Below are positions 27,403 to 36,540 of a stretch of 64,000 nucleotides of DNA, in pieces (the stretch's first letter is position 1; the number at the start of each line of letters is the position of its first letter). This DNA comes from a virus. The position numbers and the translations under genes are program-made. The stretch lies in IMG/VR virus record IMGVR_UViG_3300018915_000002; one strand, given 5' to 3'. Below the pieces are notes generated by a model. It worked only from the letters and a program-made list of their open reading frames with translations, was not told the origin of the DNA and made no database searches.

Positions 27403-28992
27403 GTGAATACACAAGAATTCCTGCTCTGGGAGATGCGATCGCGAGACACAATTGATGTCAAGCGTTGCTACATCGACATTGCTGGTGACCTAGTTAGTGG
27501 AGTCCTTCTTAGTCAGATCATCTATTGGCACCTGCCAGATGAGCAAGGCAGAAGCAAGTTAAGGGTTAATCACGATGGCTATGACTGGTTAGCCAAGAAA
27601 CGCGAACACTGGTGGGATGAATGCCGAATCTCCCCAAAACAGTTTGATCGAGGGGTTGATTCCCTTGAGAAAAAAGGTCTTGTAGCTACACGCCTGTACC
27701 GATTTGACGGAAGTCCCACTAAGCACGTTCGAGTAAACTGGGAAGGATTATTTGAATCGCTCAAAGCCTTAGAGGACAACGATTTTCCCCAAAGGTCAAA
27801 ATCCAATTCTCCCCCTGATTCGATTTTCCCCAAAGGTCAAAATCCAAGTTCCACAAAGGGGAAATTGGAAACTGCCGAAAAGGTAAAAACTATAACAGAG
27901 ACTCCAGCAGAAAATACTCCAGAGACTACTCTCTCCCCCCTACCCCCCGCTGGGGGAGAAGAGAGAGAAAGACGGATTGGATTTGAAATTCCAGAACCGG
28001 AAGAAATTCCAAGCGATACCCCATCGCAAGAACAAGAGGTTAAATCAATTCAGTCTCAAGCAACAGAAGTTTTTCGTGAGGATAAAATTTCCGCTGCCGA
28101 GGCTGTGACAACAAAGTGCGTCGATCCCTTCTTTCACAAAAGGACACCAGTGCAGCAATACGCCAAGCCCTCTAATGATTTTGGGTTGTTTGAATCTCAA
28201 GAAGAGATGACTGATTTCTACAATCAACTCATGAATTTAGGCAAAGATTTGGGCAGAAGCTGTTCGGCGGGATGGGCTTCAACGATCCTCCAAAACATTC
28301 GCTCTGGATTGCCCAATGTTTACCTAGACGAGTATCGCCAAGGTATTCCCCTAGGTTCCTGCGACAAGAAGGAATGGGAAGTGCGCCCTGGTGTGCCTCA
28401 CGAGAAATTCATTACCTACCTCACTGAGCGCTTCAAGCAAAATGGCGGAAGTCGAGAGCAAGCGATCGCAGAAGCGTACCGACAAATCAAGGATACGAAC
28501 AAGGCGGCTGATTTATGGCAAGCGTGTCTGAGGACAGTTGTGCGGTTGGATGAGGATTGGGAGAAGCAAAAAGCACTGGGAGTGAGTACCCCGTATATTC
28601 CACCAGAATTGCAAGATCGCAGTTCAGTTTCCTTGGAACAAGCCTCTGTTGCGATCGCCAACCTAACCCAAGCGACCGATACACCCGCGCTCCCCTCTAG
28701 TGTGCCCAAGGCACTACCTGAAAACTTCATTGGGGAACCTAACACCTACAAAGAGTGGAAGCCTCCTGTAGAGCTATCTGAGGAGGAGAAGGCAATTAAC
28801 ATTCTGCGTATGAGGGCCTTGTTGAGTGGCAAGAAACCAACCCTTGAGGAAGTAAGTGAACTACTCCAAGATCCGACATCCAAGTTTGATGTAGCAGTGC
28901 AGGCAAAAGCCAAGAACTTCCTTTTCGACAACAAAGATTACCTTGCTGACTATGACGAGCAAGGCAGGGTAATTGACATCTACCAGTTTTAA
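27403..28992 (+). CDS. Phage replication initiator (lambda O-like winged helix)
   Basis: IDIAGDLVSGVLLSQIIYW...WLAKKREHWWDECRIS; AAGGAGG ribosome-binding site; internal iterons. Confidence 0.75.
   Translation: MNTQEFLLWEMRSRDTIDVKRCYIDIAGDLVSGVLLSQIIYWHLPDEQGRSKLRVNHDGYDWLAKKREHWWDECRISPKQFDRGVDSLEKKGLVATRLYRFDGSPTKHVRVNWEGLFESLKALEDNDFPQRSKSNSPPDSIFPKGQNPSSTKGKLETAEKVKTITETPAENTPETTLSPLPPAGGEERERRIGFEIPEPEEIPSDTPSQEQEVKSIQSQATEVFREDKISAAEAVTTKCVDPFFHKRTPVQQYAKPSNDFGLFESQEEMTDFYNQLMNLGKDLGRSCSAGWASTILQNIRSGLPNVYLDEYRQGIPLGSCDKKEWEVRPGVPHEKFITYLTERFKQNGGSREQAIAEAYRQIKDTNKAADLWQACLRTVVRLDEDWEKQKALGVSTPYIPPELQDRSSVSLEQASVAIANLTQATDTPALPSSVPKALPENFIGEPNTYKEWKPPVELSEEEKAINILRMRALLSGKKPTLEEVSELLQDPTSKFDVAVQAKAKNFLFDNKDYLADYDEQGRVIDIYQF
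27780..27890 (+). repeat. Iteron-like direct repeats (putative origin)
   Basis: CGATTTTCCCCAAAGGTCAAAATCCAA at 27780-27806 and 27821-27847, then two degenerate units at about 21-bp spacing. Confidence 0.75.
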
Positions 28993-29006
28993 AAACACGG
29001 AGTTCC

Positions 29007-29891
29007 GTGGTGAAGAAGAAAATGACCCCATTACACAGCTTGATTTGTCAGTTACAACTAATCGACCTCGAACTAAAGCAAGCCAACGAAGAGGAGGAGT
29101 TGCGGAGGAATGCTCCACCATCACAGCCTAGATACCATTGGATAGACTTGAATGGGTTCGATTTACGTGACCCAGCAACGCAATCGCAGCTTCTTGTCGA
29201 GCCAGCAATTCCTCCGAAATTCCCTTCGGATGAGCGTTTTGCCACATTGGTAAAGAGACTTTTGATTGATATTCGTGGGGCAAAAATTTACTTGCAACAC
29301 GATGCCTACCCGATGGCAAAAGCAAGGTCAGAGCGTTTGTCCAAACTAGAGGCAGCGCTTAAGCGACTAGAGGAGTTATCAGCAAACGTAGAAATTCCTG
29401 ACCCTCACTACATCAACCAGATGTTTCTTCCTGACAACGATCAGGAGTACTGCTGGGATTGTGGTGTTCAAATCATAGAGCGAACTCGGAGTGCGTTGAT
29501 TTACTCCTGCATGTTGCTTTCTCGCCAGTATCCAAGGCTTGCTCATCGATTCTGGAGGCTTTGCCAGCAAGGAGGCTGGTGGTGGAGTTTCTACTATTCG
29601 GATGTTCGCCCTTATCAATTCAACAGCGTCGATATTGAAAAAAGCAGGGTATGCAATTGCTGTTTCAAACTTCTCCACTACTCCCTCAGTTCCCTCGGTA
29701 TAGACGAGGAATCTGATATTTTCCTCGACTACGAACACGAGATGGATGAAGAGGGGTGGTGGCAGTTATGGGTGATTTTTAATGCGGCTCATGAACGCGG
29801 CTATCCCAACTACCTTGCAGATAAGTTGGAAAAACTCATTTCCAAGTATCAACTCGATAGCCCACGGACTTCCGTGTTGGAGGACGCATGA
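29007..29891 (+). CDS. Hypothetical protein with CxxC pairs
   Basis: 294 aa; CWDC, CNCC. Confidence 0.65.
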   Translation: MVKKKMTPLHSLICQLQLIDLELKQANEEEELRRNAPPSQPRYHWIDLNGFDLRDPATQSQLLVEPAIPPKFPSDERFATLVKRLLIDIRGAKIYLQHDAYPMAKARSERLSKLEAALKRLEELSANVEIPDPHYINQMFLPDNDQEYCWDCGVQIIERTRSALIYSCMLLSRQYPRLAHRFWRLCQQGGWWWSFYYSDVRPYQFNSVDIEKSRVCNCCFKLLHYSLSSLGIDEESDIFLDYEHEMDEEGWWQLWVIFNAAHERGYPNYLADKLEKLISKYQLDSPRTSVLEDA

Positions 29892-31051
29892 GAACCCAGT
29901 ATGTATTGGACTTATGCTCTGGTGGAGGTGGCTTTATCCTTGCAGAGGCGATTTGCGCCGAGAGGGGTGATAATAGCCCTCGATTTCAAACAGTGGCAGT
30001 GTGTGATAATAACAGAAGCTGCCAGGATGTGTTGAATTTGCGATTTCCCGGCATCCCCGTCATTCAAAACATAGTCGATGTTACAACTGAAACTCTTCAG
30101 CGATTGGGACTCCCCCCAATCGACGGAATCTGTGGAGGCTTCCCCTGCCAGCCCCACAGTGTCTCTGGCAAGAAAAAAGGTTCCCAAGACGACAGGGACT
30201 TATGGCCTGAATTTCGCAGAATCCTTTGCGATTTACGCCCAAAATGGGCGGTTCTTGAAAATGTACCAGGGCTATTTACAACAGACTCTGGACGGTTCCT
30301 ACGAGGAATTCTTGGAGATCTTGCCGAATTGGATTTTGATGCGGAGACGGGAATTGTTCCCTGCGCCTATATGGAATCAAGCGATCGCGAATTCATTGGA
30401 GTTGGAGGCGTTCATCTCCGGGAAAGAGCATGGATTATTGCCTACTCCAACAGCATCGGATGCATCGATGGCAGCGGTGTTCAACGAACGAACCCAGATT
30501 TACTTCACGAAGAATGGCACTCCCAGGAAAATCAGCAACCAGGGAGTCAATGGCTCGGTGGGTCTGAGCCGATTTATTCGGCTGATGACTGGGGAGGAGG
30601 GCAATCTCAATCCCTACCTCCCAGCCGTAATGATGGGTTACCCGCCAACTTGGGCGGATACCTCCTGCGACACGACAATCTTGAGGAATGGCTCTCCGCA
30701 GCCACAGTGCCCAGTTTCTCTAGGCAGATGCGTAGCTCGATTGAACTCACTCCAGAGGAAGTTAGAGCCTTACCACCGGAGGATCGAGAAGAGTATAAAA
30801 AACTCAAACGAGCCTTCGACGGAGTTTTTGATCGAGCAGCTAAAAGCCTTGAAGAAAAAAGCGCAAGCAAATATCGCAGCATCACGGAGGAATACTCCCT
30901 CCAATTCAAGGAATACCAGGAACTCAAAAAGGCAATGAATTGCCAATTGTCGATATTTGGGAATGCCATTGTCCCTCAAGTGGGCGCGATCGCATTCTCT
31001 GTTTTGAAAGATCGTTTAGCACGGATATCCGTGGCGGAGGAAGTATGTTGA
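29888..31051 (+). CDS. C5 DNA cytosine methyltransferase (alpha-type polypeptide)
   Basis: Motif I LDLCSGGGG, IV GGFPCQ, VI ENVPG, VIII RER, X FGNAIVP. Confidence 0.9.
   Translation: MRTQYVLDLCSGGGGFILAEAICAERGDNSPRFQTVAVCDNNRSCQDVLNLRFPGIPVIQNIVDVTTETLQRLGLPPIDGICGGFPCQPHSVSGKKKGSQDDRDLWPEFRRILCDLRPKWAVLENVPGLFTTDSGRFLRGILGDLAELDFDAETGIVPCAYMESSDREFIGVGGVHLRERAWIIAYSNSIGCIDGSGVQRTNPDLLHEEWHSQENQQPGSQWLGGSEPIYSADDWGGGQSQSLPPSRNDGLPANLGGYLLRHDNLEEWLSAATVPSFSRQMRSSIELTPEEVRALPPEDREEYKKLKRAFDGVFDRAAKSLEEKSASKYRSITEEYSLQFKEYQELKKAMNCQLSIFGNAIVPQVGAIAFSVLKDRLARISVAEEVC
30078..30938 (+). CDS. Nested alternative-frame methyltransferase beta-type polypeptide
   Basis: 286-aa ORF inside the methyltransferase gene with LLPTPTASD and LNPYLPAVMMGYPPTW motifs typical of phage C5 methyltransferase C-terminal parts. 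Confidence 0.7.
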   Translation: MLQLKLFSDWDSPQSTESVEASPASPTVSLARKKVPKTTGTYGLNFAESFAIYAQNGRFLKMYQGYLQQTLDGSYEEFLEILPNWILMRRRELFPAPIWNQAIANSLELEAFISGKEHGLLPTPTASDASMAAVFNERTQIYFTKNGTPRKISNQGVNGSVGLSRFIRLMTGEEGNLNPYLPAVMMGYPPTWADTSCDTTILRNGSPQPQCPVSLGRCVARLNSLQRKLEPYHRRIEKSIKNSNEPSTEFLIEQLKALKKKAQANIAASRRNTPSNSRNTRNSKRQ

Positions 31052-31758
31052 TAATCGGCGTAGATGAAGTGGGCTTGGGTCCCGCGTTTGGTCCTGTTGT
31101 CGCCTGCGCGTATAGTCCAAGCCTCAACCATATCCAGGACTTGGAAGAACTACTGGGTTGGGGGAAGTGCGAGGGGAAAGACTCCAAAATGCGATCGCAC
31201 AAGCAACGATCATCCCTGCTTCCCTTACTCAAGGAGTACGGGAGCTGGCAGATTGGAGTTGGCTCAGTGACTGAGATTAATAAGTTCAATATTTGCCAAG
31301 CGTCCCTACTCGCAATGAGGAGGGCGGTTGAGGGCTTAAATATCAAGGCTGATCGGATTTTGGTGGATGGGATAAACCTGATTCCTGGAATTGATAAGCG
31401 ACTGCAATCTTCTGTAATCAAGGGCGATACGTCTATTTGTGCGATCGCTGCCGCGTCAATTTTGGCAAAGGAATGGAGGGATTCCCTGATTACCCACCTC
31501 GCCACCTGGCCACAGTTTTCCAGGTATGGTTTAGCCCAACACAAGGGCTACACCACCTCCCCCAGGAAGGGAGAGCCTGGGGTGCATGAGAATGCGATCG
31601 CGCTGTATGGCGCATCGGCATTACATCACCGCAAGAACAAAGCCGTTATTCGCGGTCACAACAAATTTCTCGGATTGGATGTCGTACCAGTTCCTCAAGA
31701 ACAACCTACAACAAGGAAGAGCGAATTATGCCTACAACTACAGCAACTCAGCTACTAA
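31045..31758 (+). CDS. rnhB: Ribonuclease HII
   Basis: IIGVDEVG.GP.FGPVV, DSK, LVDG, IKGD, IAAASILAK, HKGY. Confidence 0.92.
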   Translation: MLIIGVDEVGLGPAFGPVVACAYSPSLNHIQDLEELLGWGKCEGKDSKMRSHKQRSSLLPLLKEYGSWQIGVGSVTEINKFNICQASLLAMRRAVEGLNIKADRILVDGINLIPGIDKRLQSSVIKGDTSICAIAAASILAKEWRDSLITHLATWPQFSRYGLAQHKGYTTSPRKGEPGVHENAIALYGASALHHRKNKAVIRGHNKFLGLDVVPVPQEQPTTRKSELCLQLQQLSY

Positions 31759-33140
31759 CAGTCGGGGAAATGTATCGCGTCACCAAGGGTCAGCACAATG
31801 GCTCAGTGGTTCAACTTGATTTCCATGAACCAGATAGTGAATGCTACACAGGGAAAGCTCGGTGCGTAATCACCTCCTCTAGTGGCAACCGACGTAATGA
31901 GTGGATCGAAGTTGATAGCCTACGTCCCTGTAATCAATTGAAAGCTACCTTAGGGGAAGTGGGTGCGATCGCCACAGTGACTCCTCAAGGGACAGTGCTG
32001 GATATCAAGGATGGTGATTCTCTCGTTCAGTACCATGCCGGGAAAATCTTGAAAACCCAGGAAGAAGTGGAGGCTGCCTTAGAAGAATTCGTTCAGAAAC
32101 GCGCAGCACGGAGTTCCGTGGTAGAGGAGCCAGAAGAATCCTTGGTTCTAGAGGAAGAGGATGACGAGAAATTGTCTACTGAACCTGAAGAAGTCAAGAA
32201 GAGCAACGTACTCCAATTTATGGCACGGAGTTCCGTGGTACAGGAGGAAGTTATTCTAGAAAAGCCTGAACCTGAGGCTACTAAAGAAGAAACTCCGTCT
32301 GAGACTGTGCCACTGGAACCCACGGGCGAGACGGAGGAAGAAGATTGGATTTATATTAGCCCAGATCTGGAGAGAAAATGTGAGACCGTTGCCTCGCAAA
32401 TTATCTCGATTACTCAGCCTTATGCAAAGGCTATTACACAATTCCTGTGGGAACTTAAGTTTGTTGTGTTCGAGGATGACCATCGTCGAAAATCCCGAAA
32501 ATTCGGGACATTTGAGCAGATGTGTCGGCATCTTCACCAGGAGCATGACTTCCCCCTGCACCCCAACACTGCTCGTGAAAGGGCAAATGCTGAACAAGAA
32601 CGTCGTACCCTACGTCAGTTGCTCCCAACTGTTGAGGTAGAGACGATGAGTGATCATGCGGCGTTAGAATTGAGGCGAATAGATTCCTTCAAAGGGGCTG
32701 AGCCAGAGGTTATTCTGGAAGCTAAGAAGGCGATTGTTAAAGAGGCTCCAAAGCTCACCCAAAAGGCGATCGCCGACACGATTAAGTCTATGGCAGAGGC
32801 GGAGGATTGGGAAGATAAATACAGGTTTCGCTACAACCCTAAGCCCAAAAATCGTGAGCAGGGAGAGAAGCCAGAACCGATTTCCAGGAAGGAGGTTGAA
32901 GATCTCCAAAATCGAAATGCCCACTTAAATAAGCAGGTGCAACAGCTCCAGTCAGAAGTGACGGGGATGATTTCCGAAATGATGCATCTCAAGGAGGAGA
33001 ATGATCAAAAAGCTCGTAACGAAAAATTCCTCGCCGATAACTTGGAGTTGGCTCAGAATCAATTGAGTGAGAAAGACCAGGAAATTGAGCGGTTGAAGCA
33101 GGAGTTGGAAGAGGCTCGGAGAATGAGGTTCGCAGGATGA
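31728..33140 (+). CDS. Hypothetical acidic/coiled-coil protein, possible DNA-binding domain
   Basis: 470 aa; GTFEQMC...NTARERANA loosely resembles DUF3102-like HTH; C-terminal coiled coil. Confidence 0.65.
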   Translation: MPTTTATQLLTVGEMYRVTKGQHNGSVVQLDFHEPDSECYTGKARCVITSSSGNRRNEWIEVDSLRPCNQLKATLGEVGAIATVTPQGTVLDIKDGDSLVQYHAGKILKTQEEVEAALEEFVQKRAARSSVVEEPEESLVLEEEDDEKLSTEPEEVKKSNVLQFMARSSVVQEEVILEKPEPEATKEETPSETVPLEPTGETEEEDWIYISPDLERKCETVASQIISITQPYAKAITQFLWELKFVVFEDDHRRKSRKFGTFEQMCRHLHQEHDFPLHPNTARERANAEQERRTLRQLLPTVEVETMSDHAALELRRIDSFKGAEPEVILEAKKAIVKEAPKLTQKAIADTIKSMAEAEDWEDKYRFRYNPKPKNREQGEKPEPISRKEVEDLQNRNAHLNKQVQQLQSEVTGMISEMMHLKEENDQKARNEKFLADNLELAQNQLSEKDQEIERLKQELEEARRMRFAG

Positions 33141-33176
33141 GCGCGATCACATCCTAGACCACGGAACTCCGTGATA

Positions 33177-33218
33177 CGAAAAACCCCTCGATCTTCACAA
33201 GGATCGAGGGGTTTTTCG
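33177..33218. terminator. Bidirectional terminator
   Basis: CGAAAAACCCCTCGATC...GATCGAGGGGTTTTTCG between convergent genes. Confidence 0.8.
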
Positions 33219-33539
33219 CTAAGAGCGTCTTAATTGTTTCCGTGCATCGGGGTAGGAGTATTTATCGTCGGGCAATGGTTGCTCGTCGAGAAATATCTCG
33301 TAGCAATCGTTCCACGGATCAAAGAAGCGTCCGGGTTCCTTTTCCCAATTGCTTTGTAGGCTGAGAGAACGATGAACTCCTTTGGGTGTTATTTCTAGTT
33401 CAGCAATTATTGTTGCCCCACGGCAAGCAATAAGAGCCTTCTGTTCGACGGCTGACTGATTTCTACTCCTTTGTATTACAACAGGCGAATACATCGGTAG
33501 AGCTTCTATTTCTCGAAAAGTTAGCGTGGTTTTACTCAA
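33219..33539 (-). CDS. Hypothetical protein
   Basis: 106 aa, TTG start. Confidence 0.5.
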   Translation of the reverse strand: MSKTTLTFREIEALPMYSPVVIQRSRNQSAVEQKALIACRGATIIAELEITPKGVHRSLSLQSNWEKEPGRFFDPWNDCYEIFLDEQPLPDDKYSYPDARKQLRRS

Positions 33540-33562
33540 TCATCTAATACATCAGGTGTTTT

Positions 33563-33745
33563 CTAAGTATCTCGCCTAGGACACCCCGGAGGAGGGGATT
33601 GAGTCCTGTCCGAGCAATCAACCTTAATTTCTGTCCCTGCTGTTGTAGCTACTGGCACTACTGTTCCCCTTGCCTGAGTAGGGATAGCCGGCATTGTAAG
33701 ATTGGTCGCTACAAGAGCGATCGCAATCAATTTTTTCGCGTTCAT
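33563..33745 (-). CDS. Small secreted peptide precursor
   Basis: MNAKKLIAIALVA signal peptide; C-terminal CSDRTQSPPPGCPRRD; own promoter and AAAGCAAAATTCATG leader. Confidence 0.6.
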   Translation of the reverse strand: MNAKKLIAIALVATNLTMPAIPTQARGTVVPVATTAGTEIKVDCSDRTQSPPPGCPRRDT

Positions 33746-33902
33746 GAATTTTGCTTTAATAATTAGTAGACACTGGGCTGTTTTTGTTCAATCGGAATTA
33801 ACAGCCATCTTCCTTATTGTAACAAGCCTACAAAGTGATCGCAAAAATGTAGGTGAATTATCAAAAATAATTGATATTCTAAGTATCAAAGCGAGGAAAA
33901 GT

Positions 33903-34154
33903 ATGTTTGACCTAGAAGCAGAGCTAGGAATGACGTGGGCAGATATTGCCCAAGCAACTTATGAAATCGAGGCAGCGATCGCAGAGGATCGGGGGCATGA
34001 GACCCCGTCTTGGGATGATCTGCCGATTGAGAAAAAGATTGCCAGAGAGTGTGGGGTAAGAGTGCTTGAGGCGTTTTTTAATAATAGCCCTACTGATATT
34101 GAATACTGGCAAAAATTTGCGAGTAAGCGTTTGAGTAGAAGGACGGCTAAGTGA
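33903..34154 (+). CDS. Hypothetical protein
   Basis: Start placed at MFDLEAEL after GAGGA; overlaps the lysin start. Confidence 0.5.
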   Translation: MFDLEAELGMTWADIAQATYEIEAAIAEDRGHETPSWDDLPIEKKIARECGVRVLEAFFNNSPTDIEYWQKFASKRLSRRTAK

Positions 34155-35731
34155 GCGATTACCGTCTATCAATTCGCAAGGCAGCCTATCAAAAGCTATT
34201 TGATAGCTGTCAATTACGGGCAAACTGGCAACCTCGGATTGAAGAAGCGATCGCGACCATCCTCGAAGGGCGATCTCGCTATGAGTTTATTGAGGAGAAA
34301 ACAACAGTTCCTTGGTGGTTTGTGGGGATACTCCATTACCGGGAGTCCACCTGTAGTTTTAAGTGCCACCTGCACAACGGCGATCCTCTAACCCGGAGAA
34401 CCGTCCAAGTACCCAAGGGGCGACCAACTGCTCCCCCACAAAAGGGGTCTTCCTACACTTGGGAGGAATCGGCAATTGACGCGCTGGTCTGGAAGACCTA
34501 CCACAATGCGAAAGATACCTCAATCGCGGCTTGGCTGTGGCGATTTGAATTGTGGAATGGCTTCGGCTATGCGATGCGGGGATTGAATTCAGAGTATTTG
34601 TGGGGTGGCTGCAACCATTTTGGTTCCCCTCCCCACTGTGGAAAATTTGTCGCTGATGGGCGATTCGATTCTAGGGCCGAGTCTCATCAAGTTGGGGCAG
34701 CCGTTTTGTTGTGGGCAATGAACCAGCGGGGATTACTTGCTACCACGAAAACCGAGGTACAGGTTACCTTGCAAACTGTACCTGAGGAGCAAACTGTAGC
34801 TGAGGAAGAGATGACAGAACTTAAAGGGGGGCAATGCGATATCCGCATCCTTCGGGATACCTGGTTTGTGCAATCTGTTGCCCTTGCCCCAGAATTGCTG
34901 CCGGAAGATCAGAAACTTTTCCTTCCAGCAGGCAGTGTTCTCCCAGTGTTAGCGTGGCGATCGCTGCCTACTAATCATCTGGTCGTCACCTTGAATAACG
35001 TTGTTCTCAAGGGACGCAACACCTGGCATTGCTCACTTGATGAGGTGAAAATGCGGTTACCTAAGGTCGCCACCCCCGCACCCGCAGCTACCCCTGTGAT
35101 TCAACACGCGACTCCTCGCCCAACCGTTCCAGGTGATTTATCCAGTCTTCCTGGGGAGAAGGTGATTCGGTTCATGAGGAGTCGGGATTTCCGAATCCGG
35201 GCGCTCAATATTGTGTATCTGGTTAATGCGTCCGCCCAGGACTGGTCTCCCTTAGCCAATACAATAGACACCTGGAACGATGTCCGCTGCATTGTTCGGG
35301 ATACCGGGGAAGTATTAGGCAGTTGGCAGGCGACAACAGATCCAGGACAGCATTATTTGCACAACTGGATGAATCCAAAGGGGTGCGCCATACTCGCGCT
35401 AGGGCAGCACCGGGATGCGTGGAGAATTGGGTTGCATCATGGTCATCCGGCGCTCTCTCAATGCGATAATTTAGTGATATATCGCGATCGCACAAAGAGC
35501 TTGATGCGATCAGGGCACACAGTTATTGCTGGTGCCGAGTGCGGCATCAATCATCATGGAACATCAGGGAAAGATGGCAACCCTAAGTCAATTGGGCGCT
35601 ACAGCGCTGGCTGCTGCGTCGGACTCTATTGGAAATCGCATTTGCAATTCATCGAATTTTGTCACCACTCCGGAAATTCGCGCTTTGATGCAACCCTCAT
35701 TGATGGGGGGACGCTGCATCAGTTCGCCTGA
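34151..35731 (+). CDS. Modular endolysin: lysozyme-family N-terminal domain plus second C-terminal catalytic/cell-wall domain
   Basis: PWWFVGILHYRES, LHNGDPL..RTVQVPKGRP, NGFGY, YLWGG, GKFVADG; C-terminal ATTDPG...GINHH...SAGC. Confidence 0.8.
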   Translation: MSDYRLSIRKAAYQKLFDSCQLRANWQPRIEEAIATILEGRSRYEFIEEKTTVPWWFVGILHYRESTCSFKCHLHNGDPLTRRTVQVPKGRPTAPPQKGSSYTWEESAIDALVWKTYHNAKDTSIAAWLWRFELWNGFGYAMRGLNSEYLWGGCNHFGSPPHCGKFVADGRFDSRAESHQVGAAVLLWAMNQRGLLATTKTEVQVTLQTVPEEQTVAEEEMTELKGGQCDIRILRDTWFVQSVALAPELLPEDQKLFLPAGSVLPVLAWRSLPTNHLVVTLNNVVLKGRNTWHCSLDEVKMRLPKVATPAPAATPVIQHATPRPTVPGDLSSLPGEKVIRFMRSRDFRIRALNIVYLVNASAQDWSPLANTIDTWNDVRCIVRDTGEVLGSWQATTDPGQHYLHNWMNPKGCAILALGQHRDAWRIGLHHGHPALSQCDNLVIYRDRTKSLMRSGHTVIAGAECGINHHGTSGKDGNPKSIGRYSAGCCVGLYWKSHLQFIEFCHHSGNSRFDATLIDGGTLHQFA

Positions 35732-35769
35732 GGCAAAGGTTTATACCTGTAGTAAGTGCCATCAAACCT

Positions 35770-36072
35770 CTACCGACCTTGATGTTTTGCGACGGCTTTG
35801 TGTGACCGACAACTGTCCGTATGACGATTAATGATGAGGTTTGTCTTGTTGAGTATGATCGCCGTTCTCTCAACTGCTACCCCAATCTCAAATAATGCCC
35901 ACGCACACTGCTGTTGTTGCTCTTGATTGAGTTTGTCCCACGGAAGTCCGTGACGGATTCTAGCGATATCGTTCAGCAGCCTCAGTTGGGCTGAGCCACT
36001 CATCGTCTGGAGAGTCAAATCCGCCAGTTGTGGGATACTCTTCTGTTGGGGGGAGACTGTAACCATCGGCAC
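35770..36072 (-). CDS. Hypothetical protein
   Basis: 100 aa, overlaps the upstream ORF. Confidence 0.4.
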   Translation of the reverse strand: MPMVTVSPQQKSIPQLADLTLQTMSGSAQLRLLNDIARIRHGLPWDKLNQEQQQQCAWALFEIGVAVERTAIILNKTNLIINRHTDSCRSHKAVAKHQGR

Positions 36073-36421
36073 TGACGTTCATCTCAGAGATGTTAGACAT
36101 AGATCCAGACGAGGCTGCAACATTCTCTACTGGTCGTTGGAACTGTTGCTGGACAACTGAGGCTTTCTTGGGATCGTAGATAATACCGCCTAACCCTCCC
36201 GCTGCTAATAGCGTTTGCGCCCAGGCGGGAAGATCGATTTTGTTGAGGGAGAGGATAACTACAGTGGATGCGATCGCAACAATAGACACACAGGTGGTTA
36301 GTGTGCCACCCGTCTTTTCAATGAAGTCCCCAACGGCATCTAAATTTTCCTTAAAGCTGGATGGCATGGCTTTGAAGAGTGTTTGTCGATACCTTAGTTT
36401 AAACGCAAAAAAGCCGCCCAC
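35960..36421 (-). CDS. Two-TM membrane protein (holin candidate)
   Basis: Hydrophobic LTTCVSIVAIASTVVILSL and AQTLLAAGGLGGII; near the lysin. Likely start at MPSSFK. Confidence 0.45.
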   Translation of the reverse strand: MGGFFAFKLRYRQTLFKAMPSSFKENLDAVGDFIEKTGGTLTTCVSIVAIASTVVILSLNKIDLPAWAQTLLAAGGLGGIIYDPKKASVVQQQFQRPVENVAASSGSMSNISEMNVSADGYSLPPTEEYPTTGGFDSPDDEWLSPTEAAERYR

Positions 36422-36540
36422 TAGAACTTCTAGTGGGCGGCTTTACTAATAAGACGCTCTATTTCTTCGTTTCAAGTATATTTATGACCGGAAGTGGCTT
36501 CCATTGCTATCGAGTTATGCTTTGTTGCGGAACTCCGTGG

